Translations under genes and position numbers: made by a program
The notes under the pieces: model-generated
What the model was told of the DNA's origin: nothing
Databases searched by the model: none
Seen by the model: only the letters and a program-made list of their open reading frames with translations
Assembly: GCA_964016885.1 (NCBI GenBank)
Contig: OZ024754.1
Coordinates: forward strand, 29,016,001 to 29,080,000
Source: Eledone cirrhosa
Taxonomy: Eukaryota
Direction: 5' to 3'
DNA: 64,000 nucleotides
Shown here: positions 54,124-64,000 of the stretch, one piece after another
Layout of the letters: each line of letters opens with the position of its first letter
Numbering within the stretch: the stretch's first letter is position 1

Positions 54124-57101
54124 AAGATGAATATAAAATGAAAGTGCTTTTTTTAAAAAAAAGGGAATTTATTAGGTATTGACATATGTTTCTGTAACAG
54201 ACGGAATACCTATGTATCGCTGCTTGCGTAATCATATAATGTTAGCAAGTATTCGATAGCAAATGTATAATCAGTTGTCACTTCTTCAGAGATTTTGGAT
54301 AAATTGGAAAAAATCAGAAAAATTGAAGTATTTATATTAGTTGTAATAGAGGAAGAAGAGAGGGGATAGTATATGACAGATGGTAATCCAATTTACTGCT
54401 AAACAAGTATATAAAGGGTTTCTAATGAGAATACAATGAGTAAATGGTTTATTTTATCTAAATAAGAATTTTGGGGAGTGCCTATTTTAATCTATACTTG
54501 ACCAATTGAACAATGGACAGGGCTGGTCATTTGGTGTAGTAGTATTAATTTATAAAGTGTCAATTAAGGAAGGGGGAGATTTCGACTGCTACTGAATAAC
54601 ATCAATGCTAGTAGCCAGCTGGTATATGCATTAGGGAATTGAATTAAGAAATCTCATTTTATCTATAGCAGTTTATATTAAATGGTAAATAATAGAAGAG
54701 TTGATAGAATTAAGACTAATAGAGAATGTTAATATGTATTTTGACAATCAAACGGAGATGGAGACAGGCGTTCAATCCTGGTAGTATTTGTAATATGAAA
54801 ATGTAGATTTTAAGCGATGGTTACAGTATAACGATCGCTCTATTCTGTTATTTAATAAAATGTTTTTGGATTTCATAATACAAAATAATTCCATATTACA
54901 TAATTTACAAAATTCCTGTCCGTGGGATATGGAGGGGTAGGCGCTATTATATCCCATTTTAGGTTAAATTGTTGGTTATTTTCACGCAGCTGCCAAGCCT
55001 TGTCTGCGAGTGTTGTTACATAACGCTGGTTTTCATGTTTTATCGAGTAACGATGTCTATAAAGGCGTGATTTGAAGGAGGTGGCTGTAGATCCCACATA
55101 GTACCACTTCTGTCTATCCGATTCGATAGTACATTTGTATATGATGTTGCGTTCAAGACACTGATTGTTCAACGGACACATTCCTGGTTGGACACAGTTA
55201 CAGTTATAATTTTGCGTTGTTGTATTGGCATGGATGGGTTGATGAGGTTGCTTAGGTAGGACGGAATGTTGTTTGTTGTTTTGTGATGTTATAGCTAATG
55301 TTTTACGTGTATTGTTATGTGTTGGAAGGCGTTTATACAACCGTTTTGCATTAAGCTTTTTTATAAGTTGTTCAATATTAGGGGCGGTTGAATATGAAAG
55401 TCGAATAGTGTTAGGGTTTAAGATTTTATTATATTTATGTGATGTTGGAAAGTGTTTTTTAACTAATCGAAAGAATTGTGAGGGTAGATTGGTTTTAATA
55501 GAGTTGTTATAGACCGGGTTGTACCATATATACTCTTTACATCGCCTTCTGTTTGGTGGTGTGCGACTATTATTGTGTCTATCGCGTTAGTGTGTGTATG
55601 GTGGTGATTCTGTGCTATTTCTACCCCTATGGGATTTATTTTGGGTGTTTTGGTGATCTTCGACTATATACTCTATATTATCTAGGTGTCCGGCCTTCCT
55701 AAGTGCATCATCATAATATTCGGCATGTTCTTTGAAGGTTTGTTGGTTGGACGACAGGCGGGAGATTCTAAGAGAAACATTTCTAGGAATGGATTTAATT
55801 ATAGAGAGTGGATGGTTAGAACTCGTATTTGCATATTTAAGGTTCTCATTTAGTTTATGGAACGGTTTAATCGTTTCTGTATTGAGATTCAAAGTAACAT
55901 CAAGGAAATTGACCTCTTTGAGGTTATATTCAAATGTAATATTTAATCCTAGTTCCTTAAAAAGCTTTCTGATATTTTTACGCATCCTTTCTAAATTCTG
56001 GTTATTCATATGCTTAACTAATAGGAGCGCATCGTCACGGTAGATTCCACCGTGGAGATCCTTGAATTTTCCTTGTAGTCTGTGGGTGATATAAATTCCC
56101 ACAATATCTGTTACTTCCGCCGAATCATTGGAACCCATAGTAATATCAAAATTAGAAGGTCTATCTTTGCGAACCCAGTAGCTATCATCAAATTTAACAA
56201 TAGTTTTCCTCGCTTCCATAATAATTTTAATTTCAGCATCCATAAGGTCGGAATTAGCCTTAGCGAACGAAAGAGCTTCATGTAGAGTATCAGGTGAAAT
56301 TGAGGAATAATATTCATCAATATCAAACTGAATAAATTTTAATTTTTTCTTATCAGTAATGTTATTAAACCATCTTATTGCTTCATGAGTGTTACCCCAT
56401 AGTTTAATTTCTACTTAACTTGGGGGATAATTCTGTCTAGTATATATTTGCTAATTTTGCCTATATCAGATTTAGAGGGGCATATAAGTCTAATTTTAGG
56501 GTCAGTATCGAAGTTTACCTTGTGGTCCTTCAAGTTGAAGGATGGTGTAGCTGGTGTTAAGGGTTGCGTTCTATCGTCAATACAAAGTTTTTTAACAATT
56601 TCACATGCCGAGTTGTTGATGTTTTTAAGTGTAGCTTCATTAGTTTTCTTGTATTTTTTATGCAATTCCTTACGGATGAAGTTATTGTAAGTGTCCACAT
56701 CCATGGTATATACATTTGATGTTTTGTCTGCTCTAACAATAATTCCATTGGCGTTTTTTAGATTATTGAGCAGTGCTGTGATGTAATTCTTCAAGTTTTC
56801 TGATTTTTTCCAATTTAACCAAAATCTCTGAAGAAGTGACAACTAATTATACATTTGCTATCGAATACTTGCTAACATTATATGATTATGCAAGCAGCGA
56901 TACATAGGTATTCCGTCTGTTACAGAAACATATGTCAATACCTAATAAATTCCCTTTTTTTTTAAAAAAGCACTTTCATTTTATATTCATCTTTTCTACA
57001 TTTTCTCCGGAATATAATTTATACTCGTTGAGCAAACCTACACGTACGCTGTTCATCTCTAACGTAACGATATATTATCACTACATTATTGATAACCTGA
57101 A

Positions 57102-57105
<4 letters not shown>
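54119..57105 (-). mobile_element. Penelope-like element (RT plus C-terminal GIY-YIG), 5'-truncated, with inverted pseudo-LTRs
   Basis: RADKT, KDHK, FDIDEYYSSI, MGSNDSAEV, YRDD, NFLDV, SNHP, WYNP, CNC..CPL, IIY...YYVG...FKSR, CKLC. One in-frame TAA (55587) and about two frameshifts. Inverted repeat of about 210 bp at 54119-54328 and 56790-56998. Flanked by (TA)n. Confidence 0.93.
56828..56936 (+). ncRNA. Hammerhead-like core with about 90-nt stem II domain (inverted copy at about 54181-54289)
   Basis: CTGAAGA a gtgaca ... tgttac a GAAAC atat GTC; stem III is palindromic but stem I barely pairs. Confidence 0.4.
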
Positions 57106-57138
<33 letters not shown>

Positions 57139-57920
57139 CTTTTTTGCACTTGGTAATGAGTGAGTAATATACTCACATCTATCTGTCTTATATATATATA
57201 TTTTTGAATATATATATATCATCACCATTTAACTTTCATTTTTCCATGCTAGCATGGGTTTTGTTTGTGACACCTACACAACCACTTTACAGTGTGATCT
57301 GTCTGCTTTTTTCCTGTCATCAACACATGCTATATATATATAGCATGTATATACTGATATATACCATCTAAATACAATCTGACATTTCAAAGTTCTGATG
57401 CACTAACAATAGGTTAAGTTCCATAACTACTACTACAGCTTATATATCTCTAGATTTCTTTCTTTTTTTGTTAATGGTTCATTTGTATATACTTTTATTT
57501 TTTACTGATCTCTGTCTTTTGGCTACAACTATACTGGGTCATTGACCTGAACGAATATAAATCTTATGACAGTTTTTTCAAGTCTAGTACTTGAATATTA
57601 TTGATCTCTTTTTGTTGAACCACTAAGATATGGGACATAAACACATGCCAAGCTAATACCAAAAGTTTAACTGTGTGTAGTGTACTGGGTGCATTCTAAT
57701 ATGGCACCAGCACTAGATAAGTTGTCAAGTACTCAAATAGGATTAAAGTTTCTTCTCTTTCACACGCTATCTCAGTTTGTTCATCAACTAGTTCATATGG
57801 TATACTAAATGTATGGCACCAACAACGAAATACTTTCAGAAATATCCAAATTTTCAACAATTTTTTTAAATTCCAAATTATTTCTATTGAATATTGTATT
57901 TGTATTATTGTTATTGTTAA

Positions 57921-58520
57921 GGGTGGTGGATTGGCAGTATCGGTAGAGGGTCTGACGCCATGTTAGGGTGGTGGATTGGCAGTATCTGTAGAGGGTCTGA
58001 CGCCATGTTAGGGTGGTGGATTGGCAGTATCGGTAGAGGGTCTGACGCCATGCTAGGGTGGTGGATTGGCAGTATCGGTAGAGGGTCTGACGCCATGTTA
58101 GGGTGGTGGATTGGCAGTATCGGTAGAGGGTCTGACACCATGCTAGGGTGGTGGATTGGCAGTATCAGTAGAGGGTCTGACACCATGCTAGGGTGGTGGA
58201 TTGGCAGTATCAGTAGAGCATCGGATACCCTGCTTTGCAACATATTGTTACTGCAATTTACATTCTGAGTTCAAATTCCGCCAAGAAAACATCCTTATGG
58301 GGTCAATGAAATGAAGTACCAGTAACACACTGGGGTCAATTTAATCGACTTTCCTCTCCTCCCAAAATTACTGCCTAAAGTAGAAATAATTATTTCTATA
58401 TCAAATCCCGCCGAGGTTAACTTTGCCTTTCATCCTTATGGGGGGTCGATAAATAAAGTACCAGTAATACACTGGGTAATTGCTGGCCTTGTGCTAAAAG
58501 TAGAAACAATTATTTCTATA
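57921..58520 (+). mobile_element. Meta-like SINE with 7 tandem 45-bp head repeats and duplicated 3' half
   Basis: gggtggtggattggcagtatcggtagagggtctgacgccatgtta at 57921+45n (n=0-6), then SINE body; second 3' half at 58401-58520. Confidence 0.88.
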
Positions 58521-58692
58521 TTAAATAAAACATAATACCATATTTTGATGTTAGAGTTGAATTATTCACTTCAAAGGATTATAGAAACATGAAAATATTT
58601 GTAGAATTCTGTGTTAATAGTATTTTTTTTATCAATATGTGTAAATCCACGGCACATCTAAATGTTTATGCTTTATTGTTATACTTTTACAG

Positions 58693-58753
58693 CCCATCTC
58701 TCCCTACTCTCTCGATAGAAGATTTCCAAAGAGATGAGACTGTGGATTGCAAG
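58693..58753 (+). CDS. MON2: MON2 exon D (NPSLPTLSIEDFQRDETVDCK)
   Basis: ttttacag acceptor, AAG|gtatgt donor, 61 nt, phase 2-0, completes the split codon AA|C from exon C. Matches MON2 LSIQEFQRNENID. Confidence 0.9.
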
Positions 58754-59641
58754 GTATGTTCTCATTATACATATATAATTTAAATTAAATTTTTTTTTTT
58801 TCTCCCAAGCTCTAAGACTCACCAGGTTTCCTCAGTGTTAATCGACTGAGAGTACAAAACATCCCCCTGAACTGGATGTCAGGTGATTAAAATAAACAGA
58901 TACTTGTGTCTAAATCAAAATGTTTAAAGGAACAAATTTCTCTATCCTTTAATGCTGCTACTCATTTTCAGCAAAATGTACTGGAGCAACATGAAAAGAA
59001 GCGTTGCACTCCAGAAAATCATGTGCCGCCCAGTCTAGGAATCAAATCCGAAATATCATGATTTTAAGTCCAATGCCCTAACCAAAAGGCCACATGACTT
59101 CACAAAATAAATCATTTGGATTGTTATAAAAGATCTGGAAATTCAATCTTATTTCTTTTCTTTTTTTATTTTGCAGAATTTTATAACAAACATTAGGATT
59201 AGTTGGAGAAATAAAATATCATAGTTACACTATGAATGAGACATATTATTCTAGATACAAGTAGAAATATTCTACATATATGTATCATTCAACTATTTAC
59301 ATTTCAATGATTTGTTAATATATTTCTAATGGAAGATGCTGCCTTTGATTTTAAGTTAAATTTTTAAATACTCAAGAATTTGGAGAGATTTAGTAAAATA
59401 ACATTTGCATCTTTAAGCTGATGGTGGAAATGTAACTTAATAAAAAGTGTTTTCATAAAATTATAATTGAAGTTTTAAAATAAAATATAAACACTTTAAA
59501 ACAAATAGCTTTATGCCATAAAACCAAAAGAAGTTTTGAACAATTTGGCTTGGAAGAGTAAAAATGAAAAAATGTGATGTATATTATCATCTTTTAAAGA
59601 TTAATCTTGAAAAAAAAAATGTTATTCTTCCATTTCTTTAG

Positions 59642-59768
59642 GTTGTTCAAGTCATTAGAGATGACATTCTACCATTTGCTGGAACCATGCCCAAAGATTT
59701 TGTCATGAAAATCATGGATATACTTAACAAAGGTTCCATCCACTCTGCAACTTCTGATTCCTTTATTG
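59642..59768 (+). CDS. MON2: MON2 exon E ([42 protein letters not shown])
   Basis: tttctttag acceptor, G|gtaaga donor, 127 nt, phase 0-1. Matches MON2 [35 protein letters not shown]. Confidence 0.93.
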
Positions 59769-59870
59769 GTAAGACAATTCTAAATTATACCAAAAATAAG
59801 TGTTTAGTCAGTAACCATATCATTGAAATATATATTATGTAATAAAACAATTATGCCTTAACATTATTGC

Positions 59871-59902
<32 letters not shown>

Positions 59903-60023
59903 ATTTCAGAAGATTCCATTAAGGGTGAAAACAGCAATGCTTTGCTTAAACTTTAATCTGTATTCATAATAAATATTTGCTTTACGGGTTTTTTTAATAT
60001 ATATATATATTTTATATATAGTA

Positions 60024-60054
<31 letters not shown>

Positions 60055-60265
60055 ATCTTTATCAAAACCTCTTCAGATTTTATTCTTCGCATTTATTATT
60101 AATATATATATATATATTGTTATATTTTGGGAGGGTCATGTTGCCAATAAGAAACACACGCACCAGTTGCTTTCACTTCAATTTATTATAAATTAAATTT
60201 ATAAATTTAGGAATTTATAAATTTCCGGTTGGTTGGTTCCACAACCAGACGATTGTTCATTTATT

Positions 60266-60308
60266 GTCAAAGTTCTTTCGTCACACAATCTGTGACCTCT
60301 TCAGTGGC
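60266..60308 (-). ncRNA. Inverted copy of the minimal hammerhead
   Basis: gcca CTGAAGA ggtcacagattgtgtgac GAAA gaactt tgac; one stem I mismatch. Confidence 0.6.
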
Positions 60309-60386
60309 TGGGCATTCTTTTCTTTGTTTTTGTGCCTCTTAGGACAGAACAAAGGAGAGGCACAAAAACAAAGAAAAGAATCTCCA

Positions 60387-60429
60387 GTCACTGAAGAGGT
60401 CACAGAATGTGTGACGAAAGAACTTTGAC
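60387..60429 (+). ncRNA. Minimal type I hammerhead (CUU triplet)
   Basis: gtca CTGAAGA g gtcac agaatgt gtgac GAAA g aa c TT tgac. Confidence 0.7.
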
Positions 60430-60639
60430 AATAAATGAACAATCATCTGGTTGTGGAACCAACCAACCAATCAGAAATTTATAAATTCCTACATTTATAA
60501 ATTTAATTTATAATAAATTGAAGTGAAAGCAACTGGTGCATGTGTTTCTTATTGGCAACATGACCCTCCCAAAGTATAACAATATCGGTTTCGACATACG
60601 TTTTCAGATAAAGAATCTTGCTAAACAAATTCAGAAACG

Positions 60640-60704
<65 letters not shown>

Positions 60705-60856
60705 CAAGATGTATGGTAGGTCGTACGTAAATCGCGATGATCACGCAGACCTACCAAATATGCAACGGTAGCTAGTTAAGCTCTATGCATATAAGCAGAG
60801 CAGAAATATTAAGGAAAAAGAACAAAGGAACTTTTATGACATTATAACAAGTTTAT

Positions 60857-60903
60857 TGCCGACAGCCGTTTCGTCTGACCATATGGTGGGACTTTTCAAG
60901 GCA
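60857..60903 (-). ncRNA. Inverted copy of the U3-A8 hammerhead
   Basis: Reverse complement of 62951-62997 with one stem II substitution (ggac to agac). Confidence 0.72.
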
Positions 60904-62950
60904 TATAACAGGTAATTGTAAGTTCATTATTTTCATCAACGTTTCACTCAAGATTAGCAGTTTGAAATCGTGGTATACATCAACAGCTCAGCTTGTTTAT
61001 CTGGGGTCTATATTCTAAGGGGACTCTTTTATAATAGTTGTAGGAGTTGTAAAAGGGATCGGTTAGAGGGAATTAAGAGAATTTGAAAAGGGCCTAAAAG
61101 TTAGGGATTGAAGGTTAAAAGTTAAAGAATTTATAAGTTACGCATTAAAAGTAAAAGACTTGGGATCCCTTAAAAGCACTTTAAAAAACACCTCAATAAG
61201 CGCATAAAGCTTATAAGCCCTAATAAACCTAAAAAACCAGAAGAGATTTAGAGAATAAAAAAATAAAAAAAATAATAAAAAGTTTCCTAAAAAATTCCTT
61301 CAAAAAAATTTTAAAAAAAATTTTTGAAAATTTACTCATCTAAGAAGATTTAATAATCCCTACGAAAGTTCTAAACTTAAAAATTAAAAATTAGGGAAAA
61401 AAAAAAAATACTTTCAAAAAGATTTAAGAGGTTAATAAAGTTAATGATTTAGGGAATCCATAATATAAAGATTAAGATTTAAGTTAGGATTTGAAGTTTA
61501 AGAGTTCCAAACCAAGAAATTTAAAAATTTAATGAATTTAAGATTAAGAAATCTTATATATCCAAGATTAAAAATTAAAGATTAAGAGGTTGAACATTAA
61601 ATTTAAAATTTAAGAAATAAATAGTTGAAAGAAATTAATCAATTAAAGGTTAATTCAAAAAGCCTTAAAAAAATCCTTCAGAAAAGGTTTTTTTAATATT
61701 TTTAATAAAAACCTCCTCCGAAAGACCCTTCAAAGAATTAAAAATTTAGAGAACCTTTAAAAATATATATAAATGAATTGAGGAAAATTACAAATTAAAA
61801 ATTACGGAATTTGGGAGATCCGAGGAATTTCCAAAGGGTTGCTTCAACAGATACAACAACTTAGGTATAATAAATAAAGTAATTTAAGTAATCTAATTAA
61901 GGAGCAATTCAAAGAGCCTATCAAGTTGGGCTCGAAGATTAAAGAAAATGATAAGTAAGAAAATATATAAGCAAAAAGACAATAATTATAAAATGTATTT
62001 TTAAGAAGGTATTAAATAGCTTAAGTAATCTAATAATGTATTATCAAAAAATTATTAATATAGGATTAATAAAGATATAATAATATATTCCTGCCTAATT
62101 AACAAACAATTAATAAACAATTAACAGTCAAGCAAATTTACTCAGGGATATCCAACACATGGATACTTTACACATATACAGCAAGATGAACAATATAGGT
62201 GACCTTGTAGGTGCGATATCCATTGTGCGCATGCAATCATCTGCATAGTTCCGGGCACAGTTGGTCTTGTTGAAAAGTTCCGAGTTCACGAATCAACTGG
62301 GATTCACTATCAGCTGTGTGCACTCTCTGGGAGATGGACCTGCTGATCAAACAGCTAGTGGTCGCAGGGTGTGCTCCGTTCGATCTTTTCCATGTAGTTT
62401 CAGTCGTGCCAGTTATTAAGCCATGCGTGGGATCGCACGCGTTTGCGATAGATCAGCCTGCTGGTTCTAAGTCCAAGGTTTTGCTGTATAGGATATATTG
62501 GTAAAAAAGTCCTGTTTTGGACTTGACTGGGGTGGTATATTGTGTCTCTCGCTATTATCCCCTCCTCTCACCAATTCCAAGTTCACACGCGACTGGTTAA
62601 ATGCTAAGGACTGTCCCCTCTTTGTTTGTTGTTATATGTAGTAGGGGTCGGTTTTAGCTTAGATGGTGGTCGTATTATCCATGTTGCTTCTATATCCTGT
62701 CAGTTATGCATATTCAAGATAGACCACGGTGTATATGCAGATATTTGCGGGTATGGTCCGGCGTCTATGCTATCTAAAGGATCTCTCTTGTGGCATTTTC
62801 AAATTCGCATGTCATCTCCCGGTTAAGTCTGCGCATGCTTCGGTGATTCCCATGCATGGAATATTGGGGTATCATATTACACGGGGTGACTAGCAGAAAA
62901 TCTTGAGTGAAACGTTGATGAAAATAATGAACTTACAATTACCTGTTATA

Positions 62951-62997
62951 TGCCTTGAAAAGTCCCACCATATGGTCGGACGAAACGGCTGTCGGCA
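62951..62997 (+). ncRNA. Type I hammerhead ribozyme, U3-A8 core variant
   Basis: tgcc TTGAAAA gtcc cacca ta tggtc ggac GAAAC ggct GTC ggca; stems I and II are fully paired. Confidence 0.8.
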
Positions 62998-63054
62998 ATA
63001 AACTTGTTATAATGTCATAAAAGTTCCTTTGTTCTTTTTCCTTAATATATATAT

Positions 63055-63400
63055 ATGAAAAAGAACACAAGAGCGTCTACAACATCAAAAGATTTTTATT
63101 GGCTTACAATGTTTCTTCCTTACGTAACCGTAGGATTCGTCAGAGCTATAAAAGGGTTTGATTGGTGTTATGGACTCTACCAACCAAACATTCAAGAACA
63201 AAGAGTAAAGAGAGTAAAGAGCAAAAGTAGGGGACGATAAGTCTAATTTTGGTGCGGGAGGGTGGGGTGTGGGTCCTTGTTTACTAGCTGCGGTCATATT
63301 CATTCCCGGGAGTCGGGTGGTTAGCTGAACCATAGATGGGGTGGCGTCGATAGTATGGTGCAGAGCGTGCGCAGAGGCTACACAAACACAAAGGGCGTAC
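63055..63400 (-). mobile_element. Probable PLE pseudo-LTR fragment
   Basis: Hammerhead motif about 50 nt from a TA-run boundary, preceded on + by ttttatt as in other pLTRs here. Confidence 0.5.
63102..63147 (-). ncRNA. Minimal type I hammerhead (GUA triplet)
   Basis: gct CTGACGA a tcctacg gtta cgtaagga a GAAAC att GTA agc. Confidence 0.6.
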
Positions 63401-63859
63401 AATATATATATATATATAGCGGAGGAGAAAGTACATGAGGTAATTAGAAATGGAAAAAGAGTAATAATAATAATCTATAATTAATAGTGTATAATAAGGC
63501 ATGGGGAAGATTACACTATAATAAGGTATAAAAGTAAGAATAAGGTAAAATATAAAGGAGGATAAAAGTGGAAATAATAAAGATAAAAAAAATATATAGA
63601 GAATATATAAAGAAATATAAGCGAATATTTGGAGGGGAAAACACAATGTAAAAAAACCGATTTTTTTTCAAATAATAATAAAAATATAATAATTATGGGG
63701 GGAGAAAACGGGATAGAGAAATATGATCAAGTGTGATTAGTTGAGAGAATATAAGATGATAATAGTTATGTCAAGGTTATACATCTTAATAATAAATAAT
63801 CTGTGTATCAGAGTTGCAGAACCTTCAATACACTTACGGGTTCAAGCCACGTGGCGTGG

Positions 63860-64000
63860 TTGTTTATATGCTTCAGCATGTACCCATGGGAGGTCGGGTA
63901 CCCTGTATTACTGCGTGACGCCAGAAGTCACGGTCGCGTGTCATTGACTTTGAGAGGTGTAGTTGGGTAAGGTCGGCTTTTATCACCTCATCCCAAGTCA
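63860..64000 (-). mobile_element. Second copy of the same RTE family (ORF 3' end), runs off the window
   Basis: Matches about 39885-40025 with two substitutions seen. Confidence 0.93.

Larger units (their letters stand above)
60114..60641. mobile_element. Fold-back element made of two inverted PLE pseudo-LTRs
   Basis: Arms 60114-60339 and 60356-60585, 16-nt spacer, one-sided tail, a hammerhead in each arm, (TA)n flanks. Confidence 0.8.
60702..63048 (+). mobile_element. Apparently non-coding PLE-type element with 150-bp inverted pseudo-LTRs
   Basis: 60806-60955 is inverted at 62899-63048, with a hammerhead in each copy and (TA)n flanks. No RT or GIY-YIG motifs recognised inside. Confidence 0.75.

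Noticed and set aside
54772-56842. Selenocysteine recoding, as described for some Naiad-type PLEs
   Set aside because: The conserved Cys positions I read are Cys codons. The breaks are one TAA and frameshifts, not in-frame TGA.
57917-58268. ORFs of 102-108 aa with a 15-aa periodicity
   Set aside because: Translation of the 45-bp SINE head array.
61100-61490. Scattered TTAGGG hexamers suggesting interstitial telomere
   Set aside because: Only isolated, non-tandem occurrences in biased sequence.

Overview
AT-rich, repeat-dense animal genomic DNA, most likely an octopod cephalopod (inferred from the SINE/LINE complement, not from a marker gene). The only host gene recognised is MON2 on the + strand. 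It appears as five small GT-AG exons (32277-59768) that splice into one open frame, including across a 23 kb intron; the gene extends beyond both window ends. The rest is intronic: microsatellites and minisatellites, tRNA-derived SINEs, a near-intact RTE-clade LINE with a PHD-like finger and tandem 393-bp 5' monomers, other RTE and R4/Dong LINE fragments, a mariner derivative, MITEs, and several Penelope-like element (PLE) insertions. The most notable signal is a cluster of about ten type I hammerhead ribozyme motifs carried by inverted PLE pseudo-LTRs. One is canonical and lies on the MON2 sense strand (35118-35196), and another has a compensatory U3-A8 core. All coordinates were read by hand and no database search was run.
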